Shown here: positions 39,706-49,723 of the stretch, piece after piece
How the letters are laid out: every line of letters starts with the position of its first letter
Position numbering within the stretch: the stretch's first letter is position 1
From: an uncultured Enterobacteriaceae bacterium
GTDB taxonomy: Bacteria > Verrucomicrobiota > Verrucomicrobiia > Opitutales > UBA953
Length of the DNA stretch: 64,000 nt
Reading direction: 5' to 3'
NCBI GenBank assembly: GCA_964472585.1
Contig: CAYYLJ010000002.1
Coordinates: forward strand, 57,730-121,729
Notes under the pieces: generated by a model
Told to the model about the DNA's origin: nothing
The model's database searches: none
Seen by the model: the letters and a program-made list of their open reading frames with translations, nothing else
Made by a program: the position numbers and the translations under genes

Positions 39706-41453
39706 ACGCCGCGCCGGTCGTTCAGCCGGCGCAGCCCCTCGAGCGCCTTCCACTGGGAGCGCAGCAGCTCCATCGCGGGGTCCTTCGCCGCGCCGGCGAA
39801 GATCGGCGCGGGCTCGTCCTCGCCGAAGAGCATCTCGGCCAGCCCGGCCTTGGCCTCGCCCAGCGCCGGGGTCTCGGTCAGGCGAAAGCCGGGCTTCAGC
39901 CCCGCCTCCTCCGCCGCGACGGCAATGGCGTCGCGCAGGCCGCCGAAGCGGTCGACCAGCTTGGCCTTCCGCGCCTGGGCGCCGGTCCAGACGCGCCCCT
40001 GCGCCACCTCATGGACGGCCTCCCGGGGCATCTTGCGACCCCGCGAGACGACGCCGAGGAAGGTCTCGTAGACCGCGTCCACCGAGGCCTGGACCACGGC
40101 CATCTCGGCCTCGCTGGCCGGGCGATGGTTGTCGAGCAGGTCGGCGAAGGGCGACGTCTTCACGCCGTCGGTGCCGACCGAGAAGCGGCCCGCCAGGGCG
40201 CCATAGTTGAAGTGGAGGCCGAAGACCCCGATCGACCCCGTGATGGTCAGGGGGTCGGCGAGGATCCTGCGCGCGGGCGCGGCGATGTAGTAGCCCCCCG
40301 ACGCGGCGCTGTCGCCCATCGAGGCGACGACGGCGACGCCCTTCCCGGACAGGAGCTCCAGTTCCCGGTGGATGAGCTCCGAGGCGAAGGCCGAGCCGCC
40401 GGGGCTGTCGATGCGGAGCACGACGGCCTTGACGTCGTCGTCCGCCCTGAGCCGGCGCAGGGTGCCGGCCAGGCGGTCGCCGCCGATCATCCCGGGCCCG
40501 CCCATGCCGTCCACGATCTCGCCCTCGGCGTAGACGACCGCCAGCGTGTCGCCCGAGCCGCGGGGCAGGCGGACCTTCTGGGCGTAGCGGGCCAGGCCGA
40601 CGTGGCGGAACGAGCCGTCCGCGTCCGCCTTGCCGCCGCGCCCCAGCAGGAGCGCCACGACCTCGTCGCGGTGCATCACCTTGTCGACCAGCCCGAGCTT
40701 GAGCGCCTCGGCCGCGGGATAGTGGCCCGGTTCCGCGCCGATGCGGCGCAGCCGCTCCGGCTGCAGCTTGCGGTCGGCCGCCACGTCGGCCACGAGGCGG
40801 GACCAGATCTCGTCCATCATCTCCTGGCTCTGCGCCTTGGCCTCGGGGCTCATGCGGTCCTGGGTGAAGGGCTCCACCGCCGACTTGTACTTGCCGACGC
40901 GCGTGACCTGCACCCCGATGCCGAGGTCCGAGAGGGTCTTGCCGAGGTAGGTGTTGTAGGAGGCCAGGCCGGCGAAGCTGACCTCACCCATCGGGTGCAG
41001 GACGACCGTGTCCGCCGCGGCCGCCAGGTAGTAGGAGCCGACGCTCGCCCCCTCGGTCCAGGCGACGACGGGCTTGCCCGACTCGCGGAAGGCGGCGAGG
41101 GCCGCGCGGATCTCGCGGCGCGCCGTGAGGCCGGCGCCCAGCCCGTCGGCGATCAGGACGCCAGCGATGGCGCCGTCCTTGGCCGCCAGGTCGATGGCCT
41201 CGAGCGCGCGGTAGAGGTCCACCGTCTCGCCCTGGCCGCCCGAGAGCAGGGAGCCCAGCGTCCGCATCCCGTCGTCGGGAGCCTCGGTGATCGTCAGGCC
41301 GTTCCCGATGACGAGGTAGCTGCCCTTGGCGATGGGCTTCTCGCCCTGGGAGCCGAGGGCGGCGACCAGGACGAGCAGGAACACGAGGCCGGCGCCGAGC
41401 GCGAGGCCGAAGCCGAGGGCGGAGGACAGGATGCCTTGGAAGAACGCTTTCAT
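39666..41453 (-). CDS. sppA: Signal peptide peptidase SppA, 67K type
   Basis: 595 aa with an N-terminal TM segment and two tandem S49 domains (GSAFASE; SMGDSAASGGYYIA). Confidence 0.88.
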   Translation of the reverse strand: MKAFFQGILSSALGFGLALGAGLVFLLVLVAALGSQGEKPIAKGSYLVIGNGLTITEAPDDGMRTLGSLLSGGQGETVDLYRALEAIDLAAKDGAIAGVLIADGLGAGLTARREIRAALAAFRESGKPVVAWTEGASVGSYYLAAAADTVVLHPMGEVSFAGLASYNTYLGKTLSDLGIGVQVTRVGKYKSAVEPFTQDRMSPEAKAQSQEMMDEIWSRLVADVAADRKLQPERLRRIGAEPGHYPAAEALKLGLVDKVMHRDEVVALLLGRGGKADADGSFRHVGLARYAQKVRLPRGSGDTLAVVYAEGEIVDGMGGPGMIGGDRLAGTLRRLRADDDVKAVVLRIDSPGGSAFASELIHRELELLSGKGVAVVASMGDSAASGGYYIAAPARRILADPLTITGSIGVFGLHFNYGALAGRFSVGTDGVKTSPFADLLDNHRPASEAEMAVVQASVDAVYETFLGVVSRGRKMPREAVHEVAQGRVWTGAQARKAKLVDRFGGLRDAIAVAAEEAGLKPGFRLTETPALGEAKAGLAEMLFGEDEPAPIFAGAAKDPAMELLRSQWKALEGLRRLNDRRGVYLLAPVGGVEAR

Positions 41454-41593
41454 GGCGGATGATGCCCTAGGCTAGCGGCGGGGGCCCTCCTGTCCAATCG
41501 CATATGCCGCCGGGCCCGCCGTTTCCCCTCCGTTTCCGGGCCGAAACGACGAACCCCTTTGCCTCCCGGTCCGTCCCCGCCACAGTGGGGCCC

Positions 41594-43042
41594 ATGGATA
41601 GCCCGCCGCCCGTCCCCGGCCCCGACCGCCAGGTCGCCGAGCGCCGCGCCCTCGCCATCAACCTCGACGGGTCCGTCTACGGCACCTTCGCCGAGATCGG
41701 CGCCGGCCAGGAGGTCGTGCGCCACTTCTTCAAGGCCGGCGGGGCCTCCGGCACGGTCGCGAAGAGCATGTCGGCCTACGACATGCGCATCAGCGACGCC
41801 ATCTACGGTCATCCCCGCCGCTATGTCTCCCGCGAGCGCCTCGGCCAGATGCTGGCGCACGAGTACGACCTGCTGGTCGGCCGCCTCGCCGCCGAGCGCG
41901 GCGCCTCCACGCGGTTCTTCGTGCTGGCCGACACCGTCGCCACCACGCCGCGCGACGGCCGGGGCCAGGGCCATTGCTGGATGGGCCTTCGTTTCCAGCA
42001 CGAGCCCGGCGCCGCGCCCTCCGAGATCCACCTGCATCTGCGCCTCTGGGACGCCGCGGCCGCGCGCCAGCAGGACGCGCTGGGGCTCGTCGGTGTCAAC
42101 CTCCTCCACGCCGCCCTCAACGACCGCGCCACGGTCGACGGTTTCCTGCGCTCCCTCCTCGAGGGCGTCGGGCCGGACCGGGTCGAGGTCGACTGGTTCC
42201 ACGCCGAGGGCCCGGCCCTCTCCCACATCGACCCCGCCCAGGCCGCCGTCCGCCTCGTCCGCCTCGGGCTCACGGAGGCCGTCCTCTTCGGCGCCTCGGG
42301 GCAGCCGGAGGTCCCCGGCGAGGCCTTCCACCATCGCGACATCCTGGTCGCGCGCGGCTCGCTCCGCCCCGTCTCCCTGGTCAACCTCGACATGATCGCC
42401 CGCGGGGCCAAGGCGGCGGGCGGCGACCCCCTTCGCCTCCTCGAGATCAGCCTGCGCGACGACCCCGGCACCGAGGCCGAGCTCGTCGCCCGCGCCCGCC
42501 TGGCCAACGAGCTCGGGCTGCCCTGCCTGCTCACCGCCTACCGCGGCTACTATCGGCTGCCCGCCTATTTCCGCCGCCACACCGAGGGCGCCGTCACGCT
42601 CGTCGCCGGCATCAACAACCTGGTCGAGATCCTCAACACCGAGAACTACTCCCAGCTCGAGGGCGGCCTCCTCGAGGCCCTGGGCCGGCTCTTCAAGGGC
42701 GGCGTCCGCCTGCTCGTCTACCCCATGGCCGGCGCCCAGCTCAACCGGCTCTACGCCGACCCCGTGGCCCGCCGCGTCTGCTTCCCGGAGGGCGAGCCCG
42801 TGCCCGAGGACCAGGTCGTCACGCTCGGCTCCCTGCGCCTCCGCCACGAGGTCGCCTGCCTCCTCCAGCACCTCGTGGCCACCCGGGCCCTCGAGGCGCT
42901 CCCCGACGCCTCGCCCGCGGCGTTGGCCTGCCAGCCGCGCACCCTGGCGTCCCGCATCCGCGACGGCGCGGCCGGCTGGGAGCGCGAGCTCGACCCCCGC
43001 ACCGCCGCCTCGATCCGCCGGCTCGGCCTCTGGTCCGCCTGA
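41594..43042 (+). CDS. Conserved hypothetical cytosolic protein of unknown function
   Basis: About 482 aa with good GC3. The block YGTFAEIGAGQEVVRHFFKAGGASGTVAKSMSAYDMRISDAIYG looks conserved, but I cannot assign a family. An alternative start is at 41504. Confidence 0.6.
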   Translation: MDSPPPVPGPDRQVAERRALAINLDGSVYGTFAEIGAGQEVVRHFFKAGGASGTVAKSMSAYDMRISDAIYGHPRRYVSRERLGQMLAHEYDLLVGRLAAERGASTRFFVLADTVATTPRDGRGQGHCWMGLRFQHEPGAAPSEIHLHLRLWDAAAARQQDALGLVGVNLLHAALNDRATVDGFLRSLLEGVGPDRVEVDWFHAEGPALSHIDPAQAAVRLVRLGLTEAVLFGASGQPEVPGEAFHHRDILVARGSLRPVSLVNLDMIARGAKAAGGDPLRLLEISLRDDPGTEAELVARARLANELGLPCLLTAYRGYYRLPAYFRRHTEGAVTLVAGINNLVEILNTENYSQLEGGLLEALGRLFKGGVRLLVYPMAGAQLNRLYADPVARRVCFPEGEPVPEDQVVTLGSLRLRHEVACLLQHLVATRALEALPDASPAALACQPRTLASRIRDGAAGWERELDPRTAASIRRLGLWSA

Positions 43043-43043
43043 C

Positions 43044-43652
43044 ATGGACCCCGTCCCCGCCACCTCGCTCCCGGAATCGGCCGACGCCGAGCTCCGCCTC
43101 TCGCTCGAGCGCGCCCATCGCGAGTCCGCCGCCCTCGACCGTCTGGCGGGGATCTGGGGGCTGCTCCTCGCGAAGTGCTGCCTCGCCCAGGCCGCCATCG
43201 AGCGCTGGAGCCTCCCGCTCGACGGCTGGATCGTCGTCTGGTCGGGCTCGCTCGTCCTTGCCGCGCTCGCGAGCCTGCTCTACCTCCGGTCGCACCTGGG
43301 CTCGCTCGCCCGCGTCCCCGCCGGCTTCCGCGTCTCCACCACCCTCGCGCTCGCCCTGCTCGTCGTGGCGCTCGGCGCCGCCCACGCCTCGGTCGCCCGC
43401 GGGCTGATCGGGCCCGTCGCCCTCGGCGCGCTCGTCTCCGGCCTGGTCGGCGCGCACGCCCTCGTGGTGGCCGCCCTGCGCCATCGCGCCGAGCCGCTCA
43501 TCGGGGCCCTCCTCGCGTGGGCCGCGGCCTCCGCCGGGCTCGCCGCCGAGCGGCCCGACCAGGCGCTGCTCTGGGCCGGGGCCGCCTTCCTCGGCGGCCT
43601 CGCGCTGCCCTTCCTCGCCATGGCCCGCGGCTCGCCGCGGCCGCGGGCGTGA
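43044..43652 (+). CDS. Hypothetical integral membrane protein
   Basis: 202 aa with several hydrophobic segments. Starts 1 nt after the upstream stop. Confidence 0.55.
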   Translation: MDPVPATSLPESADAELRLSLERAHRESAALDRLAGIWGLLLAKCCLAQAAIERWSLPLDGWIVVWSGSLVLAALASLLYLRSHLGSLARVPAGFRVSTTLALALLVVALGAAHASVARGLIGPVALGALVSGLVGAHALVVAALRHRAEPLIGALLAWAAASAGLAAERPDQALLWAGAAFLGGLALPFLAMARGSPRPRA

Positions 43653-44549
43653 TCAGGCCGGCTCCGGGGCGCGGCCCGAGGTCAGCTGGGCGATGAAGCG
43701 CCGCAGGGCGGGGGAGAGCACCCGGCCCTTGCGGTGGATGATGGCGAGCGGGCGCGCGATGCGCCGGTCGCGCAGGCGCAGCTGCACGAGCGAGCCCTGC
43801 TCGGTCTCCTGGCGGATGGTGTCCTCGGGGACGAGCGCCACGCCGGCGTCCACCTCCACCGCGCGCTTGATGGTCTCGATGTTGTCGAACTCCATCGTCG
43901 GCTCGAGCTCCAGCCGCTGCTCGCGGAAGAAGGCGTCGAGGGCCTTGCGCGTCGGGATGTCCTGGTCGAAGCCGATGAACTTGCAGCCCTGCAGGTCGGC
44001 CAGCCCGATCTCGCCGACCTTGGCCAGCGGGTTCTTGGGCGAGCAGATCGGCACGAGCTGGTCCTCCATGAACGGGATGATCTCCAGCTGCCGGTGCTTC
44101 TGCGGGTAGGCCACGAGCCCGATGTCCACCGCGTTGGTCAGCACGTCCTCGTAGACGAGGTTCGAGCGACGGTACTCCACGCGCACGTTGACGTGGGGGT
44201 ATTCCTGCAGGAAGCGCTTCTGGTAAGGGGGCAGCTCGTGCAGGCCGATGGAGACGATGGTCGAGACGTGGATCGAGCCGCTCACGACCTTGCGCATCTC
44301 CTGCAGCTCGCCCCGGGCGCCCTCGTAGTGCGCGAGGATCTCGCGCGCGGCCTCGTGCAGGCGATGGCCCTCCCGCGTGAGCGAGAACTGCTTCTGGCCG
44401 CGGTCGACGATGAGCACGTTGAAATGGCGCTCCATCGCGCGGAGCTGCTGGCTCACCGCCGACTGGGTGATGCCGTTGAGGCGCGCCGCCTTGGAGAAGC
44501 TCCGGTTGTCCACCAGGTCGCAGAAGATCTTGAAGTTCTCGATGTGCAT
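43653..44549 (-). CDS. LysR-family transcriptional regulator
   Basis: The N-terminal wHTH FSKAARLNGITQSAVSQQLRAMERHF and a substrate-binding domain. 298 aa. Confidence 0.9.
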   Translation of the reverse strand: MHIENFKIFCDLVDNRSFSKAARLNGITQSAVSQQLRAMERHFNVLIVDRGQKQFSLTREGHRLHEAAREILAHYEGARGELQEMRKVVSGSIHVSTIVSIGLHELPPYQKRFLQEYPHVNVRVEYRRSNLVYEDVLTNAVDIGLVAYPQKHRQLEIIPFMEDQLVPICSPKNPLAKVGEIGLADLQGCKFIGFDQDIPTRKALDAFFREQRLELEPTMEFDNIETIKRAVEVDAGVALVPEDTIRQETEQGSLVQLRLRDRRIARPLAIIHRKGRVLSPALRRFIAQLTSGRAPEPA

Positions 44550-44660
44550 CGCGGGATAATGCTGCCTAATGGATTCATGCCGCGCAAGTAAGACCCGCTT
44601 ATGCGACCGAGGTAAACCTGCGTTTGACACCCGGTACGGGGCGGTTTTGATAGTAAACAG

Positions 44661-45362
44661 ATGGTCACCTATCCCGAGTTCGAGCGCCGGGCCCAGGCGG
44701 TCCTGGAACGCATCCGCGCGGCCTGCGCCGCCTGCGGTCGCGATCCGGCCTCCGTCGCGCTCCTGCCGGTGACCAAGACCCATCCCGTCGACGCGGCGCT
44801 CTTCGCCCATAGGCTGGGGCTCCGGGCCGTCGGCGAGAACCGCGTGCAGGAAGCCGCCGCGAAGCGACCCGCCGCGCCGCCCGACCTGCGCTGGGAGCTG
44901 ATCGGCCACCTCCAGTCCAACAAGGCCAAGCTCGCCGTCGCCACCTTCGACCGCGTCCAGTCCGTCGACCGGGCCGACCTCGCCGCGCGGCTCGGCCGCA
45001 TGGCCGCCGAGGCCGGGAAGGTCCTGCCCGTCCTCCTGCAGGTGAACTCCGGCGACGACCCCGCGAAGTTCGGCTGCGACCTCGCCGAGGCCCCCGCGTT
45101 GCTGGACGCCGCGCTCGCCCAGCCCGCGCTGCGCGTCGAGGGCCTCATGGCGATCGCGCCGCTCAGCGACGACCCCGACGTCGCCCGCCGCGCCTTCGAC
45201 GCCCTGCGCGATTGCCGCGACCGGCTCGCCGCCGCCGCGGGCGCGCCCCTGCCCGAGCTCTCCATGGGCATGAGCGGCGACCTCGAGGCCGCCGTGGCCG
45301 CCGGCTCCACCTGCCTGCGCGTCGGCTCCGCCCTGTTCGGCGAGCGCCCCGCCGCCCCATGA
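44661..45362 (+). CDS. yggS: YggS-family pyridoxal-phosphate homeostasis protein
   Basis: Motifs: LLPVTKTH, GENRVQE, IGHLQSNK, MGMSGD. Confidence 0.9.
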   Translation: MVTYPEFERRAQAVLERIRAACAACGRDPASVALLPVTKTHPVDAALFAHRLGLRAVGENRVQEAAAKRPAAPPDLRWELIGHLQSNKAKLAVATFDRVQSVDRADLAARLGRMAAEAGKVLPVLLQVNSGDDPAKFGCDLAEAPALLDAALAQPALRVEGLMAIAPLSDDPDVARRAFDALRDCRDRLAAAAGAPLPELSMGMSGDLEAAVAAGSTCLRVGSALFGERPAAP

Positions 45363-47020
45363 TCCGCCGCCTCGTCATCCGCGACCTCGCGCTCATGGAC
45401 CGCGCCGAGCTGGAGCTCGGGCCCGGCTTCACCGTGGTCACCGGCGAGACCGGCGCGGGCAAGTCCGTCCTGCTCGGGGCGCTCTCGCTCCTCGCGGGCA
45501 ACCGCGCGCCCAAGTCCGTCGTGAGGAAGGGCGCGGAGGCCGCGGTCGTGGAGGCGGAGCTCGAGCTGGCCGACCCCGCCGTCGACGCCCTGCTGGCCGA
45601 GATGGACCTGCCGCCGTGCGAGGACGGCCTCCTGCTCCTGCGCCGGACGGTCTCCGCCTCGGCCGCCGGCCGCATCACCGTCAACGGCGCCGCCGCGACG
45701 CTCGCCCAGCTCGCCCGGCTCGGCGAGCGGTGGATCGACTTCCACGGCCCCGGCGAGCCGCAGCGCCTGCTGCGCGACGGCGTCCAGCTCGAGCTGCTCG
45801 ACGCCCACGCCGGCGAGGCGCACGGCCGCGCCCTCGCCGCCTATGGCGAGGCCCACGCCGCCTGGCGGGGCATCCACGCCCGCATCGACGCGCTGCGCGG
45901 CGCCGAGCGGCTGTCCGACGACGAGGCCGCGTTCGTCCGCTCCCAGCTCGAGAAGTTCGACGCGCTCGACCTCTCCGACGACGCGGTGGCCGAGCTCGAG
46001 CGCGCCCATGCCGTCGCCTCCCGGTCCGAGGAGCTCCTCGGCCTTCTCGCCCAGGCCGAGGCCGCGCTCGGCGGGCAGGGCCTCGGGCCCGCGCTGCCCA
46101 AGGCGCTCCGCGCCCTCGCCGAGGCCGCGCGCATCGACCCCTCGCTCGGCGATTCCCGCGCCCGCCTCGAGTCGCTCGCCGCCGAGGCCGAGGACCTCCG
46201 CGCCGACCTCGCCCGGGCCGCCCGCGCGCTCGCCGGCGGCGGCGTCCCGCCCGACCTCGAGCGCCGCATGGACGCGTGGCTCGACCTGCGCCGCCGCCAC
46301 GGGCCCGACGCCGCCTCGGTCCGCGCCAAGCGCGACGCCCTCCGGGCCCGCCTCGCCGGCAGCGAGGGCGCCGACGCCCGCCTCGCCGAGATGCAGGCCG
46401 AGGCCGCCGCCGCCGAGGCCGCGCTGCGGCGGCTGGCCGCCGGGCTGCGCCGCGCGCGGGCCAAGGCCGCCGAGGGCCTGGGCGAGTCGGTGCGTCGCCT
46501 CCTCGGCAACCTCGGCTTCCGCAAGGCGGACTTCCGGGTGGAGGTCGCCGAGGCCCCGCTCTCCGCGACCGGCGACAGCGCGGTCCGCTTCCTCTTCCGC
46601 CCCAACGCCGGGCAGGACCTGCTGCCGCTCACCCAGATCGCCTCGAGCGGCGAGGCGGCGCGCGTCCTCCTGGCCATCAAGACCGTGCTCGCCGCCTCGG
46701 ACCGGACGCCGGTGCTCGTCTTCGACGAGGTCGACGCCAACGTGGGCGGCGAGGTCGGCGCGCAGGTCGGGCGCGAGCTCGCCGGCCTCGGCGGCCGCCA
46801 CCAGGTCGTCTGCGTCACCCACCTCCCCCAGGTCGCCGCCCTCGGTCGCCAGCACCTCGTCGTGACCAAGGAGCAGGACGACGCGTCGACGACCGTCTCC
46901 CTCGCGGCGGTCCACGGCGACCGCGACGCTCGCCTGGGCGAGCTGGCGCGCATGCTCGGCGACCGCGCGAGCAAGTCCGCGCTGGCCCACGCCCGCGAGC
47001 TGCTCGCCGCCGCGCGCTGA
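45359..47020 (+). CDS. recN: DNA repair protein RecN
   Basis: ATGA overlap with yggS. Walker A GETGAGKS, coiled-coil middle, SGGE signature and VFDEVDANVGG. Confidence 0.92.
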   Translation: MIRRLVIRDLALMDRAELELGPGFTVVTGETGAGKSVLLGALSLLAGNRAPKSVVRKGAEAAVVEAELELADPAVDALLAEMDLPPCEDGLLLLRRTVSASAAGRITVNGAAATLAQLARLGERWIDFHGPGEPQRLLRDGVQLELLDAHAGEAHGRALAAYGEAHAAWRGIHARIDALRGAERLSDDEAAFVRSQLEKFDALDLSDDAVAELERAHAVASRSEELLGLLAQAEAALGGQGLGPALPKALRALAEAARIDPSLGDSRARLESLAAEAEDLRADLARAARALAGGGVPPDLERRMDAWLDLRRRHGPDAASVRAKRDALRARLAGSEGADARLAEMQAEAAAAEAALRRLAAGLRRARAKAAEGLGESVRRLLGNLGFRKADFRVEVAEAPLSATGDSAVRFLFRPNAGQDLLPLTQIASSGEAARVLLAIKTVLAASDRTPVLVFDEVDANVGGEVGAQVGRELAGLGGRHQVVCVTHLPQVAALGRQHLVVTKEQDDASTTVSLAAVHGDRDARLGELARMLGDRASKSALAHARELLAAAR

Positions 47021-47031
47021 TCAGCGCGCGG
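47010..47031. terminator. 22-bp perfect palindrome containing both stop codons of the convergent recN and SDR genes
   Basis: CCGCGCGCTGA|TCAGCGCGCGG. No U tract on either strand. Confidence 0.35.
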
Positions 47032-47839
47032 ACCGCCCCAGCTTGCGCTCGATGGCGCGGCGCCCCGCCGCCGCCGCCCAGGCCTTGGGCAGTCGGGCCG
47101 AGAGGGCGCCGAGCAGGCGGTTGGACCAGCCCGTCGCGCGCTCGGGCGCGCCGTCGCGCATGGCCCGCAGGGCCTCGTCGGCGCAGTCCCTCGCGGTCTG
47201 CCCGGGCAGCCCGGTCGGCGCGCTGAAGCCCGCGCCCCGGAAGAAGTTGGTCGACACCGGCCCCGGGCAGATCGCCACGGAGCGGACGCCGCGGGCGCGC
47301 CCCTCCTCGTCGAGGGCCACGCTCCAGTTCAGGAGGAAGGCCTTGGTGGCGGCGTAGGTGGCCATCAGCGGCACCGGTTGGTAGCCGGCGAGCGAGGCGA
47401 GGTTGGCCACCATGCCGCCGCGCTCCAGGAGCCCGGGCCAGAGCAGGCCCGTCAGGTGCACCGGGGCGCGCGCGTTGACGTCGATCATCCGCAGCGTGTG
47501 GGGCAGGCCGGGCGCCGGAAACTCCCCGTAGGCCCCGAACCCGCTGTTATTCACGAGAAGCATCCTGCCCTCGCGCGGCATCAGTTCCCGTAATGCGGCC
47601 GCAACCCCCTCGATGGCAGCGGGTTCGGCGAGGTCGGCCGCCAGGTGTCGCCGCCGTGGGCCGTCGGCCCAGCCCTCCGGAATCGACCGGGAGACATTGC
47701 CCACCCACGCGTTTGGCGCATACTGGTCGATGCGCCCGAGGAGGGCGCGCCCGATGCCGGACGAACCGCCCGTGATCACGATGACCGCGAAGGATCGCAG
47801 GAACTCGGCAGTTCGTCCGTCCAGGGGGCGCGTCTCCAT
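47021..47839 (-). CDS. SDR-family oxidoreductase
   Basis: TGGSSGIG cofactor motif, NNSG and YAATK catalytic motifs. Confidence 0.85.
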   Translation of the reverse strand: METRPLDGRTAEFLRSFAVIVITGGSSGIGRALLGRIDQYAPNAWVGNVSRSIPEGWADGPRRRHLAADLAEPAAIEGVAAALRELMPREGRMLLVNNSGFGAYGEFPAPGLPHTLRMIDVNARAPVHLTGLLWPGLLERGGMVANLASLAGYQPVPLMATYAATKAFLLNWSVALDEEGRARGVRSVAICPGPVSTNFFRGAGFSAPTGLPGQTARDCADEALRAMRDGAPERATGWSNRLLGALSARLPKAWAAAAGRRAIERKLGRSAR

Positions 47840-47867
47840 GGGACCCAACCAAAACCAACAAACCCAA

Positions 47868-48206
47868 ATGAGCAACGCGTCCGTCGTCGTCTCCGGGGTC
47901 CACATGGACCTCACCCCGCCCATCAAGTCCTACGTCGCGTCCAAGGCCGAGCGGCTCTTCCGCCACGACCCGAAGATCCTGCGCGTGCACTTCGAGCTCA
48001 TCCACGGCCGCGCCAGGGACCGCGCCTCCGAGTACGCGGCGCAGGCCAAGATCGAGGTGGCGGGCCCCGACATCGTGGTCCGGGTCGAGAGCGACGACCT
48101 CTACAAGTCCATCGACCTGCTGATGGACAAGCTCGACCGCTCCCTCCGCCGGCGCCACCGCCTGGTCAAGGTGAAGCGGCACCGCGAGCCCAACGGCAAG
48201 GAGTGA
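47868..48206 (+). CDS. hpf: Ribosome hibernation promoting factor / RaiA family
   Basis: 112 aa. GVHMDLTPPIKSYVASKAERL and YKSIDLLMDKLDRSLRR. Confidence 0.88.
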   Translation: MSNASVVVSGVHMDLTPPIKSYVASKAERLFRHDPKILRVHFELIHGRARDRASEYAAQAKIEVAGPDIVVRVESDDLYKSIDLLMDKLDRSLRRRHRLVKVKRHREPNGKE

Positions 48207-48215
48207 TCGGCCGCG

Positions 48216-49688
48216 TCAGAGCCGGCGGGGCGTCTCCCGCCCCCCGGCCCTGATGGCCCGCAGGAGGTCGTCGCGCAGGCGCTCCGCCTCCGCTCGCCGC
48301 TCGCCCGCGAGGTCCCGCGTCTCGCCCGGGTCGGCGACGACGTCGTAGAGCTCGGTGCGCGCGTCCTCGAAGAAGTGGATCGCCTTGAGGTCGCCGCGCC
48401 GCAGCGCCGCGAACGGCTCGATGCCGGGGCCCTTCCCGCCCCAGGCATGGGGATAGTACCAGACGATGTCGGGCCTCGTCGCCGCCTCGCCCCGCAGCGA
48501 CGGCGCCAGGTCGGCGCCATCCAGCCCCGCGGGCACCGCGAGGCCCGCGGCCGCCGCCAGCGTGGGGAGGAGGTCGGTGACGCTCGCGGGCGCGGTCACC
48601 AGCCTGCCCGGCCGCGCCACGCCGGGCCAGCGGATGATGAGGGGTGTCCGCAGCCCGCCCTCGTAGGCCGATCCCTTGCCGCTGCGCAGCGGCGCGTTGA
48701 GCGGCAGGAAGCCGCCCAGGCGCTGGGCGTAGCCGCCGTTGTCGGAGAGGAACACGACGATCGTGTCGCGCGCCAGGCCCAGGCGGTCCAGCGCGTCGAG
48801 CACGCGCCCGACGCCCGCGTCGACGTCGGCGACCATCGTCGCGTAGTCCCGCTCGCGCGGCGGGAGCGCCGCGCCCGCGTAGTCCTTGGCGAAGGCGGCG
48901 GCCGGCTCGATGGGCGTGTGCACGCCGTAGTGCGCGAGGTGGAGGAAGAAGGGCTTCCCGTCGGCCTTGGCCCGCTCCATCTCGGCGATCGCCCGGTCGG
49001 TCAGCGCCTGGGTGAGGGTGATGTCCTTGCCATGATAGGCCTCGAGCCCCCTGACGTCCCAGAGCTCCCGCCCCGGCTTGCCATCGGAGAAGCTCCGCGT
49101 GCCGAGGAAGCTGCCCGGCTGCCCCGCGGCCGAGCCGCCGATGTTGACGTCGAAACCGAGGTTGAGCGGGTCGGCGCCCGGCGTGCCGACCGCCCCGAGA
49201 TGGGCCTTGCCCACGTGGATGGTGCGATAGCCGGCCGCGCGCAGGAGGAAGGGCAGGGTGACGTCCGTCGCGAACCCGCGCTTTCCCTCATAGGTTCCGG
49301 GTTGCAGCCCGTCGCAGTTCCAGTCCGGCAGGGCCAGGGACCTCGTCCTGACGCCGAGGTCCTTCCCCGGGCGCAGGGTCCAGTTCGTCACGCCGTGCCG
49401 CGCCGGGCCGAGCCCCGTCAGCAGGCTGACGCGCGTCGGGGTGCAGACGGGCGTGGCGTAGGCCTCCCGGAAACGGGCGCCCTCGCGGGCCAGGCGCTCG
49501 AGGGCGGGCGTGCGGAAGTGGGCGTTGCGCGCCGGATCCTTGGGCAGGCCCAGGTCCACCGAGGTGTCATTCCAACCCTGGTCGTCGGTCAGGATGACGA
49601 CCATGTTGGGCTGGCCTCCGGGCGCCAGGGCGGCGGTCAGGATGAGGATCAGGGCCAGCACGAGGGCGGGCAGCAGCCGGGGGCGCAT
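48216..49688 (-). CDS. Arylsulfatase-family sulfatase (Cys-type)
   Basis: Signal peptide, ILTDDQGWND and the CTPTR formylglycine motif. About 490 aa. Confidence 0.88.
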   Translation of the reverse strand: MRPRLLPALVLALILILTAALAPGGQPNMVVILTDDQGWNDTSVDLGLPKDPARNAHFRTPALERLAREGARFREAYATPVCTPTRVSLLTGLGPARHGVTNWTLRPGKDLGVRTRSLALPDWNCDGLQPGTYEGKRGFATDVTLPFLLRAAGYRTIHVGKAHLGAVGTPGADPLNLGFDVNIGGSAAGQPGSFLGTRSFSDGKPGRELWDVRGLEAYHGKDITLTQALTDRAIAEMERAKADGKPFFLHLAHYGVHTPIEPAAAFAKDYAGAALPPRERDYATMVADVDAGVGRVLDALDRLGLARDTIVVFLSDNGGYAQRLGGFLPLNAPLRSGKGSAYEGGLRTPLIIRWPGVARPGRLVTAPASVTDLLPTLAAAAGLAVPAGLDGADLAPSLRGEAATRPDIVWYYPHAWGGKGPGIEPFAALRRGDLKAIHFFEDARTELYDVVADPGETRDLAGERRAEAERLRDDLLRAIRAGGRETPRRL

Positions 49689-49723
49689 GGGAGTCCCGAC
49701 AGCCGCCCGCCCCGGTCGTTCCC

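Noticed and set aside
44550-44660. A LysR T-N11-A operator in the divergent LysR/yggS spacer.
   Set aside because: Several T-N11-A strings can be found by eye in this AT-richer spacer, but none shows convincing dyad symmetry.
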